From contig CAVGLE010000001.1 in assembly GCA_963630035.1 (NCBI GenBank), positions 1 to 55,706 on the forward strand: a DNA stretch of 55,706 nucleotides. The letters are read 5' to 3'. Positions 18,225-27,827 of the stretch are shown in pieces. The position numbers and the translations under genes are program-made. Below the pieces are notes generated by a model. It saw only the letters and a list, made by a program, of their open reading frames with translations. It made no database searches and had not been told where the DNA came from. Positions within the stretch are counted from its first letter, which is position 1. Every line of letters begins with the position of its first letter. The stretch comes from [Ruminococcus] torques (GTDB lineage: Bacteria > Bacillota > Clostridia > Oscillospirales > Acutalibacteraceae).

Positions 18225-18896
18225 GTGCCTGAAAAAAAGAAAATACTTGTTGCCGACGATGACGAATCTATTTGTAATTTGATAAAACTTGTTTTGGAGC
18301 AAAACGACTTTACCGTTACAACGGTAAATGACGGGAAATCCGCATGTGATATTATTTCGGAAGACGACAGCTTCGATTTGATTATTCTTGATATAGTTAT
18401 GCCGCTTATGTTCGGCACGGACGCGGCAAGGGAAATTCGCAACCTTACCGATACGCCGATTATGTTTTTGACGGCGCGCTCAACAGACGATGATAAAGTG
18501 GGCGCATATGCATCGGGAGCGGATGACTATTTGGTAAAGCCGTTTTCTACGGTTGAATTGCAACTTCGTGTCAACGCTCTTTTAAAGCGTGCACGAAAAA
18601 AAACACAGCGTGTGTCTTTTTACGAAAACGAAAATACTGTTCAAATCGGCGAAAAAACGGTTAAATTGACGAACAGAGAGTATCGTTTGCTTAAACTTTT
18701 GTACGATAATAAAGGCGCAGTTATTGATGTTAAAACAATTTTTGAAACCGTTTGGGGCGATAAATATCTGGTGTCAAGCAACAACACGGTTATGGTTTTT
18801 GTTTTGAGCCTGCGTAAAAAAATCGAAGACGATTACACACATCCGAAGCACATCGTCACGGTTTGGGGCAGAGGTTATAAATATGTTGAAAACTAA
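18225..18896 (+). CDS. OmpR/PhoB-family response regulator
   Basis: GTG start after GAGGTG RBS; ADDD, LDIVMP, FLTA, GADDYLVKPF; winged helix ending TVWGRGY. Confidence 0.93.
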   Translation: MPEKKKILVADDDESICNLIKLVLEQNDFTVTTVNDGKSACDIISEDDSFDLIILDIVMPLMFGTDAAREIRNLTDTPIMFLTARSTDDDKVGAYASGADDYLVKPFSTVELQLRVNALLKRARKKTQRVSFYENENTVQIGEKTVKLTNREYRLLKLLYDNKGAVIDVKTIFETVWGDKYLVSSNNTVMVFVLSLRKKIEDDYTHPKHIVTVWGRGYKYVEN

Positions 18897-20178
18897 GCGA
18901 ATGTCGCTCAAATTAAAATCGGCACTCTGCATTTTGTTTGCGATGATTGCCGGTGTTTGCGTGTGCGTCGGTATCCGTTTGGGCGGCAGCGAATGTATTG
19001 AAAAATTTTATATGACGCAGGAGCTTGCGGATAAGCGCGAAGAAAAATTTATCAACGAATTTGAAAAGTATGTAAATGACAATAATATAAAATCAAGCGA
19101 TACCGAAAAAATTCACGACTGGTGCAAAAAGAAAAAATATGTTTATTTTCAGCTTTTCAAAGGCGAAACGATTGCACTTGTAATAAACGGAAATTATGTA
19201 ACAGAGTATGACGACGGAGAAGTTTCCGACGATTCTACGGGATACACTCTGTTTCCGATTGAATTTGCCGACGGTGAGTACAATGTTTCCATTCTTGAGT
19301 ACAGCGAAGATTTGATTTATACAATTGTAAATATTGTCAGCTTCGCTTGTGGGATAATAACGGTATTCATTATTGTGCTTCACTATCATATATTGGTGCT
19401 CAAAAGAATATCAAAACTCTCGTGTGCAGTTTCGGACATCAATGCGGAGGAGGATGTTCTCACACCGGACAAAAATGATGAAATCGGCGATTTGTATAAT
19501 TCTGTCGAAAAAATGCGCCGCTCCATTATTTATCATTATCAAAAGGAAAAACAAACGCTTGACGCAAACAAAGAGCTTATTACAAATATGTCGCACGATA
19601 TAAGAACGCCGCTTACATCGATTATCGGTTACAACGAGATTATGCTTAATACCGATGCTTCGGTTGACGATATGAAAAAATATGCGTCGTATTCGCTTGA
19701 TAAGGCAAATCAGCTTAAAGATATGAGCGACAAACTGTTTAAATACTTTCTTGTTTATAATTCGGACAATATTGCCGCCGATTTAAAATCAACCTCGGTA
19801 ACACTGCTGTTACAGCAAATTATCGGCGAACAGTCATTTTTGCTTAAGCAACAAGGATTTGATGTTTCGTTTAATTGCCGTATTGAGGATGTGCAAATCA
19901 ATACCGACGCTGTGCTTTTAAAGCGTGTATTTGACAATATTTTTTCAAATATTTCAAAATACGGCGACGCGGCACAACCTGTTAAAATCGATGTTTTACG
20001 CGAGAAGTCATTCATTAAAATTACAGTGATTGACTATATTTCAAAAGATGTGCCGAATGTTAAGGGCACGGGCATCGGTCTTAAAAGCTGTGAAAGCATT
20101 ATGCATTCGCTCGGCGGAAAATTTGAAACGACTATTCTTGACGATATGTTTGTTTCGATAATTATAATTTCATTATAA
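18883..20178 (+). CDS. Sensor histidine kinase (2 TM, HAMP, HisKA, short HATPase)
   Basis: SHDIRTPLTSI H-box, FDNIFSNISKYG N-box, GTGIGL G2 box; overlaps RR stop. Confidence 0.92.
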   Translation: MLKTKRMSLKLKSALCILFAMIAGVCVCVGIRLGGSECIEKFYMTQELADKREEKFINEFEKYVNDNNIKSSDTEKIHDWCKKKKYVYFQLFKGETIALVINGNYVTEYDDGEVSDDSTGYTLFPIEFADGEYNVSILEYSEDLIYTIVNIVSFACGIITVFIIVLHYHILVLKRISKLSCAVSDINAEEDVLTPDKNDEIGDLYNSVEKMRRSIIYHYQKEKQTLDANKELITNMSHDIRTPLTSIIGYNEIMLNTDASVDDMKKYASYSLDKANQLKDMSDKLFKYFLVYNSDNIAADLKSTSVTLLLQQIIGEQSFLLKQQGFDVSFNCRIEDVQINTDAVLLKRVFDNIFSNISKYGDAAQPVKIDVLREKSFIKITVIDYISKDVPNVKGTGIGLKSCESIMHSLGGKFETTILDDMFVSIIIISL

Positions 20179-20195
20179 ATAAGCAAAATATGCGA

Positions 20196-20231
20196 ATCAC
20201 TCTGTTGCAATTGTGCGGCAGGGTGATTTTT
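20196..20231 (+). terminator. Terminator of the TCS operon
   Basis: AATCACTCTGTTGCA/TGCGGCAGGGTGATT stem with G-U pairs, then T-run. Confidence 0.7.
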
Positions 20232-20241
20232 TGCGCCGATA

Positions 20242-20292
20242 TTGATTAATTGCGGCGATAATGGTATAATACCCTATAAACCGCAGGGTTTT
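20242..20292 (+). promoter_or_regulatory. Sigma-A promoter of metY with an inverted repeat over the start site
   Basis: TTGATT-N17-TATAAT (TG-extended), then ACCCT-N9-AGGGT. Confidence 0.6.
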
Positions 20293-20317
20293 AAGTATAT
20301 TACTTTTGGAGGAAATT

Positions 20318-21586
20318 ATGAAGTTAGATACAATTTGTGTTCAGGGTACATACAAGCCGAAAAACGGCGAGCCGCGTGTTATCCCGATTATTCAAAGCAC
20401 AACATATAAATACGATTCATCGGTTGAAATGGGCAACCTTTTTGATTTGAAAGAGAGCGGATATTTTTATTCACGCCTCCAAAACCCAACCTGCGACAAT
20501 GTCGCCGCAAAAATTGCCGCGCTTGAGGGCGGTGTTGCGGGTATGCTCACCGGTTCGGGTCAGGCGGCAAACTTCTATGCCGTGTTCAATATCGCGCAGG
20601 CAGGCGACCATATTGTTTCGTCTTCAGCGATTTACGGCGGCACATACAATCTTTTCAATGTCACAATGCGCAAACTCGGCATTGATTTCACATTCGTTTC
20701 ACCGCACGCAACAGAAGATGAAATTCAGGCGGCAATCAAGCCGAACACAAAGGCGATTTTCGGCGAAACGATTTCAAACCCAAGCCTTGATGTGCTCGAT
20801 ATAGAGGTGTTTGCAAAAGTTGCGCACAAAAACGGCATTCCGCTTATTGTTGACAACACATTCGCAACACCGATTAACTGCCGCGCGTTTGATTGGGGCG
20901 TTGATATTGTCACCCATTCAACGACAAAATATATGGAGGGCCACGCCTCCACTATCGGCGGCGCAATCGTTGACAGCGGCAATTTCGATTGGACTCAAAA
21001 TGACAAATTTCCGGGTCTTACAACACCCGATGAAAGCTATCACGGCATAGTTTACACCGACACTTTCGGCAAGGGCGCTTATATAACAAAGGCAACCGTT
21101 CAACTTATGCGCGACCTCGGCTCCGTTCAGTCGCCGAATGACGCGTTTTTGCTCAATGTAGGTCTTGAAAGCCTGCATCTTCGTATGCAAAGGCACTGCG
21201 AAAACGCGCTCAAGGTTGCAAAATATTTGCAAAATCACCCAAAGGTTACTTGGGTTAAATGCGCAATGCTTGAAGATGACGATCAACACGCGCTTGCACA
21301 AAAATATATGCCAAACGGCACATGCGGCGTTGTTTCGTTCGGCATCAAAGGCGGCAGAGATGCGGCAACAACATTTATGGATTCGCTCAAACTTGCCGCA
21401 ATTGTTACGCATGTTGCCGATGCGAGAACCTGTTGTCTGCATCCGGCGTCAACAACTCACCGTCAGCTTACCGACGAACAGCTTGAGGAGTGCGGCGTAA
21501 GTCCCGACCTCGTTAGATTTTCGTGCGGAATTGAGGCGGATGAAGATATTATCGACGATATTGCTCAGGCACTCGATAAAATTTAA
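20318..21586 (+). CDS. metY: O-acetylhomoserine aminocarboxypropyltransferase
   Basis: YSRLQNPT, ALEGG, IYGGT, VDNTFATP, HSTTKY PLP-lysine, HPASTTH; GGAGG RBS before ATG 20318. Confidence 0.92.
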   Translation: MKLDTICVQGTYKPKNGEPRVIPIIQSTTYKYDSSVEMGNLFDLKESGYFYSRLQNPTCDNVAAKIAALEGGVAGMLTGSGQAANFYAVFNIAQAGDHIVSSSAIYGGTYNLFNVTMRKLGIDFTFVSPHATEDEIQAAIKPNTKAIFGETISNPSLDVLDIEVFAKVAHKNGIPLIVDNTFATPINCRAFDWGVDIVTHSTTKYMEGHASTIGGAIVDSGNFDWTQNDKFPGLTTPDESYHGIVYTDTFGKGAYITKATVQLMRDLGSVQSPNDAFLLNVGLESLHLRMQRHCENALKVAKYLQNHPKVTWVKCAMLEDDDQHALAQKYMPNGTCGVVSFGIKGGRDAATTFMDSLKLAAIVTHVADARTCCLHPASTTHRQLTDEQLEECGVSPDLVRFSCGIEADEDIIDDIAQALDKI

Positions 21587-21597
21587 CTTTACATAAC

Positions 21598-21640
21598 AAA
21601 ACCGACAGAAAAGTCAGCCTTCTCTGTCGGTTATATTTTT
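21598..21640. terminator. Terminator between metY and the LytTR gene
   Basis: AACCGACAGA/TCTGTCGGTT stem between convergent genes. Confidence 0.7.
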
Positions 21641-21648
21641 GTCGATAT

Positions 21649-22362
21649 TTAAATATTTTTCATATATGATAAATAGTCATTAATAACCGCGTTGTATTTT
21701 TTCGGCGGAATCGGCACCTCTGCCGCGGTGTCGGTTGTGAATTTGTGCGGCTCATATCCTGCCACATGGTTCATATTTATCATAAAACTCTGGTGGCAAC
21801 GCAGAAAATTCGGAGGCAGATTTTTGGAATATTCTTTCAAACTCGAATACATCACAATATCGTCTTTGCCGACAAGGTGCAGCGTGATATTGTTGTTGAA
21901 TGTTTCGATATAAACAATTTCCTGAAAATTGACAATGTAGTTTTTGTGACCTGTTTTGACTATAGTCAAGTTCGGATCCTTTTTTGATGCGCCCTGAATT
22001 GCCCTTTTGAGTGCTTTGGAAAGTGTTGCGTCGTCCATTCGCGATTTTACAATGTAATAACAGCAGTTTGCCTCTGAAATATTGTATGCGCTTTGCGGAA
22101 AAGATGTCATAAATATAATTTGGGTACACGATGAACGAATGTTTTCAATCGACCAATCCATTGAATTTGTGTCGTCAACCATTATGTCCAGCAACAAAAT
22201 ATCGGTGCGCTCGTGTTGAATGTGATTTTTTAAACTGTTCAAATCATTGAAAGTCGAAATTTTGTGCTCAATGCGAAAAATATTTTCCATACAGTGGCGC
22301 ACTTTGTATTCTGTTATTTCAATAAAATCTCTGTCATCGTCGCATATTGCAATATTTACCAT
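21649..22362 (-). CDS. LytTR-family response regulator with no adjacent kinase
   Basis: IAICDDD and LLDI receiver; IVYIE and FLRCHQSFMIN LytTR domain. Confidence 0.92.
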   Translation of the reverse strand: MVNIAICDDDRDFIEITEYKVRHCMENIFRIEHKISTFNDLNSLKNHIQHERTDILLLDIMVDDTNSMDWSIENIRSSCTQIIFMTSFPQSAYNISEANCCYYIVKSRMDDATLSKALKRAIQGASKKDPNLTIVKTGHKNYIVNFQEIVYIETFNNNITLHLVGKDDIVMYSSLKEYSKNLPPNFLRCHQSFMINMNHVAGYEPHKFTTDTAAEVPIPPKKYNAVINDYLSYMKNI

Positions 22363-22444
22363 ATTTCAAATCACCATCTTGCGTTATTTGTCACATTAGT
22401 ATATAATTATTATATCATAATATTATTATGTCGAAAAGCCGAAA

Positions 22445-22507
22445 TACCACGCAAATGCAGTCGATTACCCTGCTTATATTGTAAATTGAACTGTTTTTTA
22501 GTAAAAT
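22445..22507 (+). promoter_or_regulatory. Candidate LytTR direct repeats plus sigma-A promoter of the zinc-ribbon genes
   Basis: TACCACGCAAAT (22445) and TACCCTGCTTAT (22466) at a 21-nt period, then TTGTAA-N17-TAAAAT. Confidence 0.5.
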
Positions 22508-22542
22508 TTTATCAGTAAAGCAATAAAATCAGGGAGCGTAAT

Positions 22543-23568
22543 ATGAAATTCTGCAGAATATGCGGTGCGCAAATACAGGACGGAGCGGCCTTTTGCTCAA
22601 AATGCGGCGCAAAAAGCCCGAGTGTCGATACAGCCGCACAGCAAAAATATTCATCGGGGTATGAGAATTATAAAACAGTGCCGATTTATGAGGAGTCTCC
22701 GCAGACGCCTCCACCGTCGGATTATGTCAATCCACCGACTTATCAACCGCCGACTTCCGTTCCGCCTCACGGCAGGAAGAAATTGTCAAATGGTGCAATT
22801 GTCGGCATAGTTATCGGTGCGGTTGTTCCTGTTTTGGTGGTTGTCGGCACAATTTTAGGTGTTGCGCTCTCATCAAGTGACAGTGCACAGGATTTTGATA
22901 ATTCCTATTCTCAGGGCGACTATTCGGACGATGACTACAGTGACGATTACAGCGACGATTTTCAGCCTGATGACACCGATACTGAGGAAGTTTTTGACTT
23001 TTCAGCCGGCGAAATCATCGACAATACATATACAAATTCGTCACTCGACATAAAATTTACCGCGTCACCCGACGGGCTTGACAGCGACAAGCCGACTCTT
23101 GATTTGATTAGTTCACATACAAGCAAGACCCTTTATGAAAGCTCAAACGGCGACTTGGATGAAACATCAACATATGACGAAAAAAGAGGTATGCTCCATT
23201 ATCAAAATGATTCAATGCAGTGTTGGCTTGATGCCGAGCTTTCAACACCTTTGCCTGATGATTCATATGATAACTTCACAGATGTTTATGTTGTAAAATA
23301 TAATGAAAGTTTTGACAATATTGCCGATTATAACAAAGCTTTTATGCTTGAGTTTCAAAACGGAGAAGGATTGATTGACTCTAATTTGAATGCGGGAACA
23401 GTTAAAATCGGCAAAAATGAATATCATTGTTCGACTTTTGAATTTGATTTTAATCCGTATATTATGATTGCTTCTACATATAAATGTGGATATTATATAA
23501 GTATAGTAATAGATCCGGGTTCGGGAGATCCGGATTGTGCAAAAGATATTCTTGCATGCTTCAGCTAA
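22543..23568 (+). CDS. Zinc-ribbon single-pass membrane protein with acidic extracellular region
   Basis: CRICG...CSKCG, Pro-rich linker, one TM, D/Y/S-rich stretch, uncharacterised C-terminal domain. Confidence 0.8.
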   Translation: MKFCRICGAQIQDGAAFCSKCGAKSPSVDTAAQQKYSSGYENYKTVPIYEESPQTPPPSDYVNPPTYQPPTSVPPHGRKKLSNGAIVGIVIGAVVPVLVVVGTILGVALSSSDSAQDFDNSYSQGDYSDDDYSDDYSDDFQPDDTDTEEVFDFSAGEIIDNTYTNSSLDIKFTASPDGLDSDKPTLDLISSHTSKTLYESSNGDLDETSTYDEKRGMLHYQNDSMQCWLDAELSTPLPDDSYDNFTDVYVVKYNESFDNIADYNKAFMLEFQNGEGLIDSNLNAGTVKIGKNEYHCSTFEFDFNPYIMIASTYKCGYYISIVIDPGSGDPDCAKDILACFS

Positions 23569-23601
23569 TAAACAAAAAATAATTTTAAGGAGATAAAAAA
23601 T

Positions 23602-24348
23602 ATGAAAATTTGTCCTAATTGCCATGCGGCTGTTCAGGATGACGCAATGTTTTGCACATCTTGCGGAACACCGATTGAGCAGAGCGCTGCGCCGACAGAA
23701 CCGCTTGTAAACAACCAACCGGACGGATATTATCAGCCGTCAGCCGCTCCTCAACCGGAGCCGTCACAACCACAATATCAGGCTCAGTCCGTGCAACCGC
23801 AGACACCGCCTGCAGTGCCTCCGCAATATTTCACACCGCCGCAGCCGTCACCTAATATGGCTGTGCCGAAGCACGAATTTTTCGAGGCTTACAAACTATA
23901 TTGGAAAAACTATACCAACTTTACGGACAGAACAAGATGCAGTGATTTTTGGTATGTTGTTCTTATGAACTTTTTAATTTCATGTGCTACATCGCTGTTT
24001 GCATTTATTCCGATTTTGGGATATATATTGGCAATAGCTTGGTCGCTTGCAACTATTATTCCGACTTTGGCTATAACCGTAAGAAGACTTAAAGATACCG
24101 GCAAGGATTGGCCGTATATTTTCTTTTATCTTATTCCCTTTGTCGGATGGATTATTCTTGTTGTTTTCTGCGCACAGGACAGCGAGATGGGCCCGAACCA
24201 ATTCGGCCCAAGCCCTAAATATCCGTACGCAGGCGGCACATATGCACCGCAGCAGCCACAGTATAATCCTACTCAAACGAGTATGCCTAATATGCAGAAT
24301 GATTATGCACAAAACAATCAATATCCGCCATATCCGCCGCAAAACTGA
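23602..24348 (+). CDS. Zinc-ribbon plus DUF805 membrane protein
   Basis: CPNC...CTSCG; P/Q-rich linker; YTNFTDRT..SDFWY, VRRLKDTGK, GPNQFGPSP DUF805 signature. Confidence 0.85.
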   Translation: MKICPNCHAAVQDDAMFCTSCGTPIEQSAAPTEPLVNNQPDGYYQPSAAPQPEPSQPQYQAQSVQPQTPPAVPPQYFTPPQPSPNMAVPKHEFFEAYKLYWKNYTNFTDRTRCSDFWYVVLMNFLISCATSLFAFIPILGYILAIAWSLATIIPTLAITVRRLKDTGKDWPYIFFYLIPFVGWIILVVFCAQDSEMGPNQFGPSPKYPYAGGTYAPQQPQYNPTQTSMPNMQNDYAQNNQYPPYPPQN

Positions 24349-24358
24349 TTGAATTATT

Positions 24359-24411
24359 GAGAGCAATCCTTGCAACATAGCGTATGTTATGTATAAGGCT
24401 TGCTCTTTTTT
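24359..24411 (+). terminator. Terminator after the DUF805 gene
   Basis: GAGAGCAA...TTGCTCTTTTTT imperfect long hairpin with T-run. Confidence 0.6.
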
Positions 24412-24421
24412 CATTCACCTA

Positions 24422-24450
24422 TTGACAAAAGGCGAATATAGTGTTAATAT
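24422..24450 (+). promoter_or_regulatory. Sigma-A promoter of the trp leader
   Basis: TTGACA-N17-TAATAT. Confidence 0.8.
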
Positions 24451-24469
24451 ATTTTCACAATTAAAAACA

Positions 24470-24734
24470 AACCGATGATGCGGAGATAAAAACAGGATAC
24501 GAATTCACAGAGAGCCTCGTTGCTGGGAAGAGGTAATAAACGGCTTGTTAAATGGACCGCTGAGGGCGCAATGAAAAGCTTTGGCTAAGTACCTTGCGAC
24601 GCGATGGCCTGCGTGAGTGGTCGGAGATATGATGGTATCTTGCAGAGAGTATGGTTTACTACCGTAAATCAGGGTGGCACCGCGAATGTATTTTCGTCCC
24701 TGACAGTCTTTTTCGGACTGTCAGGGCTTTTTTT
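24470..24734 (+). ncRNA. T-box riboswitch with Trp specifier and terminator
   Basis: CAGAGAG and GCTGGGA stem I motifs; UGG specifier 24553-24555; T-box AGGGTGGCACCGCG 24671-24684; terminator CCCTGACAGTC/GACTGTCAGGG plus T-run. Confidence 0.95.
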
Positions 24735-24761
24735 ATTCTCTCAAGATTGAAAGGAGAAAAT

Positions 24762-26231
24762 ATGCAAATCAAACCAAGCAGGGAAGAGGCAATCGAATTT
24801 GCAAAAAAATACAAAACAATTCCTTTGTCAACCGAAACGGTGATGAATTATACCCCCGTCGGAATAATCAAAAAAATCAAGACGATTTCATCACATTGTT
24901 TTATGCTTGAGTCGGCTGACGATCAAAAAAACACCGGTCGCTACACCTTTATCGGATTTGACCCAAAGGCGGAAATAAGCTGCAAGGATTACAATGTCAG
25001 CGTTATTGATGAGTTCGGCTCAAAAAAGATAAACGACAATCCGAGGCAGTATATAAAAGCTGTGCTCGACAGCCATAAGGCGCCGCGATTTGACTATTTG
25101 CCGACTTTCAGCGGCGGACTTGTCGGATATTTCGGATATGATTATATCAAATACAGCGAGCCGGGTGTTAAGCTTGACGCAAAGGACGACGGCAATTTCA
25201 AGGATGTTGACCTTATGCTTTTTGATAAGGTTATCGCATTTGACCATTTGAGAGAAAAAATTATTCTTATCGTTAATTTCCAAACGGACAATTTTGAACA
25301 AAATTATCAATCGGCTGTTAAGCAACTTGAAATAATGCTTAAAATAATCGAGCAGTCGCCGATAGTCGAGCCGGAACTTCCGGTGCTCAAAAGCGAATTT
25401 GAGCCGCTGTTCAATGCCGAGCAGTACGCCGATATGGTAAACACCGCAAAGCATTATATTCGTGAGGGCGATATTTTCCAGGTTGTGCTTTCAAACAGAA
25501 TGCAGGCGAAAATGGACGGCTCGCTTTTCAAGCCGTATGAAACCTTGAGAAAACTCAATCCGTCGCCGTATATGTTCTATTTCTCGTCAGACGATATTGA
25601 GATTGCGGGCGCATCACCAGAAACACTTGTTAAACTTCAGGACGGCAGGCTTTACACATATCCGCTTGCAGGCACAAGACCGCGCGGCAAAACACCGCAG
25701 GAGGACAGCGAACTTGAGGCAGGTCTTTTAAAAGACGAAAAGGAACTTGCCGAGCACAATATGCTTGTTGACCTCGGCAGAAACGATTTGGGCAAAATCA
25801 GCAAGTTCGGCACGGTTAAGGTGCAAAATTATCACAATGTATTAAAATTCAGCCATGTTATGCATATCGGCTCAACGGTTGTCGGTGAAATTCGCGATGA
25901 CAAAACGGCACTTGACGCGGTTGACGCCGTTCTTCCGGCAGGCACACTTTCGGGTGCTCCGAAAATTCGCGCAATGCAAATTATCAACGAGCTTGAAAAC
26001 AACAAGCGCGGAATTTACGGCGGCGCAATCGGATATATAGATTTCACGGGAAATCTTGACACCTGCATTGCAATCAGAATCGCATACAAGAAAAAGGGCA
26101 ATGTTTTCATTCGCTCGGGCGCAGGTATAGTTGCCGACTCCGACCCCGAAAAGGAGCACCGCGAGTGCATCAACAAGGCTCAGGCGGTTGTCAGCGCGAT
26201 TATGCATTCATCAAAGGAGGAAACAAAATGA
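24762..26231 (+). CDS. trpE: Anthranilate synthase component I
   Basis: AAAGGAG RBS; MLESA, GDIFQVVLS, NPSPYMF, PLAGTRPRG, AEHNMLVDLGRND, GTLSGAPK. Confidence 0.97.
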   Translation: MQIKPSREEAIEFAKKYKTIPLSTETVMNYTPVGIIKKIKTISSHCFMLESADDQKNTGRYTFIGFDPKAEISCKDYNVSVIDEFGSKKINDNPRQYIKAVLDSHKAPRFDYLPTFSGGLVGYFGYDYIKYSEPGVKLDAKDDGNFKDVDLMLFDKVIAFDHLREKIILIVNFQTDNFEQNYQSAVKQLEIMLKIIEQSPIVEPELPVLKSEFEPLFNAEQYADMVNTAKHYIREGDIFQVVLSNRMQAKMDGSLFKPYETLRKLNPSPYMFYFSSDDIEIAGASPETLVKLQDGRLYTYPLAGTRPRGKTPQEDSELEAGLLKDEKELAEHNMLVDLGRNDLGKISKFGTVKVQNYHNVLKFSHVMHIGSTVVGEIRDDKTALDAVDAVLPAGTLSGAPKIRAMQIINELENNKRGIYGGAIGYIDFTGNLDTCIAIRIAYKKKGNVFIRSGAGIVADSDPEKEHRECINKAQAVVSAIMHSSKEETK

Positions 26232-26806
26232 TTTTGTTAATTGATAATTACGACTCCTTTTCATACAACCTCTATCAGCTTATCGGCGAAATAAATCCCG
26301 ATATCAAGGTTATCAGAAACGATGAAATGACGGTTGACTGGATTAGGGCGCTCGCACCCGAATATATAATTTTATCGCCCGGACCGAAACGGCCGGAGGA
26401 CGCAGGCGTTTGCATAGATGTTGCAAAAGAGCTTGGCGACGAGTCAAAAATCCTCGGCGTTTGCTTGGGACATCAGTCGATTTGCACGGCATACGGCGCA
26501 ACGGTAACATACGCAAAACAACTTATGCACGGCAAGCAAAGCGTTTGTAAAATAGACAACACAGATACATTGTTTAAGGGCTTGCCTGACGAAATCAAGG
26601 TTGCCCGCTATCACTCGCTTGCGGCAGATGAGGCGACAATGCCCAACTGCTTAAAGGTTATCGCAAAAACAGACGACGGCGAAATAATGGCGGTTAAACA
26701 CAAAGAAAAAAATATTTGGGGCGTTCAGTTCCACCCCGAATCAATAATGACACCTGACGGCAGAACAATTATCAAAAATTTTTTAGGAGGCAGTACAAAT
26801 GATTGA
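26228..26806 (+). CDS. trpG: Anthranilate synthase component II (glutamine amidotransferase)
   Basis: IDNYDSF, SPGP, GVCLGHQ, RYHSL, QFHPES; ATGA overlap with trpE. Confidence 0.96.
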   Translation: MILLIDNYDSFSYNLYQLIGEINPDIKVIRNDEMTVDWIRALAPEYIILSPGPKRPEDAGVCIDVAKELGDESKILGVCLGHQSICTAYGATVTYAKQLMHGKQSVCKIDNTDTLFKGLPDEIKVARYHSLAADEATMPNCLKVIAKTDDGEIMAVKHKEKNIWGVQFHPESIMTPDGRTIIKNFLGGSTND

Positions 26807-27812
26807 ACAATTACTTAAAAAAGTTGCGGCAAAGCAGGATTTGACATATGACGAGGCAAAAACAGCGGTTGACGAAATTATGAGCGGCAATGTGTCGCAG
26901 GTTGTCACCTCAGCATTTTTGACCGCCCTTGCAATGAAGGGCGAAACAGAGGATGAAATTGCAGGTGCGGCAGAGGGTATGCGCTCAAAGGCTGTTCCGT
27001 TTGAACTTGGATGCCACGCACTTGATGTTGTCGGCACAGGCGGCGACGGTTCAAACTCGTTTAATATTTCAACAACTGCAGGCATTGTTGCCGCTGCAGC
27101 AGGCGTTAAAATCGCAAAACACGGCAACAGAGCGGCGTCGTCAAAATCGGGCACGGCAGACTGTCTTGAAGCACTCGGCGTTAAAATCGACTGCGAACCC
27201 GATGTTATGAAAAAATCACTTAAGGAAAACAAAATAGTTTTCTTCTTTGCACAAAAATATCACAGCGCAATGCGTTTTGTAGGCCCCGTTCGTAAGGAAA
27301 TCGGTATTCGCACCGTGTTCAACATTCTCGGTCCTCTTACAAACCCGGGTCATGCCGACAGAATGCTTCTCGGTGTTTTCAGTGAGGAATATGTTGAAAA
27401 AATCGCAAAGGCTTTAATTAAGCTCGGCGTACACGATGCAATGGTTGTTTACGGTATGGATAGGCTCGACGAAATCAGCGCATGCGGCGAAACAAGGGTT
27501 GCCGAGGTGCGCGGAAATGATATTAAATACTATACAATCAAGCCTGAAGATTTCGGCTTTGAAAGAGTGCCCAAAGAGGCTTTGGCAGGCGGCACACCCG
27601 AGGAGAATGCCGAAATCACAAAGGCAATTCTTCGCGGCGAGGGCACACCGGCTCAAAAAGCGGCGGTTGCTCTTAACGCCGGCGCATGCATCTATGTTGA
27701 CCGTGACGGAATTTCGCTCCAAGACGCGGTTAAGGAGGCGCAGGAGGTTATGGCATCCGGCAAAGGTATGGATGTTCTCAACGGCTTTATCAAAACCACA
27801 AACGAGCAATAA
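26799..27812 (+). CDS. trpD: Anthranilate phosphoribosyltransferase
   Basis: DVVGTGGDG, NISTT, KHGNR, RTVFNILGPLTNP. Confidence 0.97.
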   Translation: MIEQLLKKVAAKQDLTYDEAKTAVDEIMSGNVSQVVTSAFLTALAMKGETEDEIAGAAEGMRSKAVPFELGCHALDVVGTGGDGSNSFNISTTAGIVAAAAGVKIAKHGNRAASSKSGTADCLEALGVKIDCEPDVMKKSLKENKIVFFFAQKYHSAMRFVGPVRKEIGIRTVFNILGPLTNPGHADRMLLGVFSEEYVEKIAKALIKLGVHDAMVVYGMDRLDEISACGETRVAEVRGNDIKYYTIKPEDFGFERVPKEALAGGTPEENAEITKAILRGEGTPAQKAAVALNAGACIYVDRDGISLQDAVKEAQEVMASGKGMDVLNGFIKTTNEQ

Positions 27813-27827
27813 ACGGCGGTAATTTTT

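Noticed and set aside
20020..20090. Missing DxGxG (G1) box in the first histidine kinase
   Set aside because: H, N and G2 boxes are intact and short ATP lids occur in clostridial kinases; not enough to call a pseudokinase
22429..22435. TGTCGAA Spo0A-type box upstream of the LytTR gene
   Set aside because: A single 7-mer is expected several times by chance in 55 kb and also occurs inside coding regions here
22915..22985. Short GACGAT/TAC-type repeats suggesting an array
   Set aside because: They encode an acidic DYSDD low-complexity linker; no constant repeat-spacer structure, so not CRISPR
24651..24761. N-terminal extension of trpE as a possible leader peptide
   Set aside because: Overlaps the T-box antiterminator and terminator; true RBS and ATG are at 24762, and the T-box explains regulation
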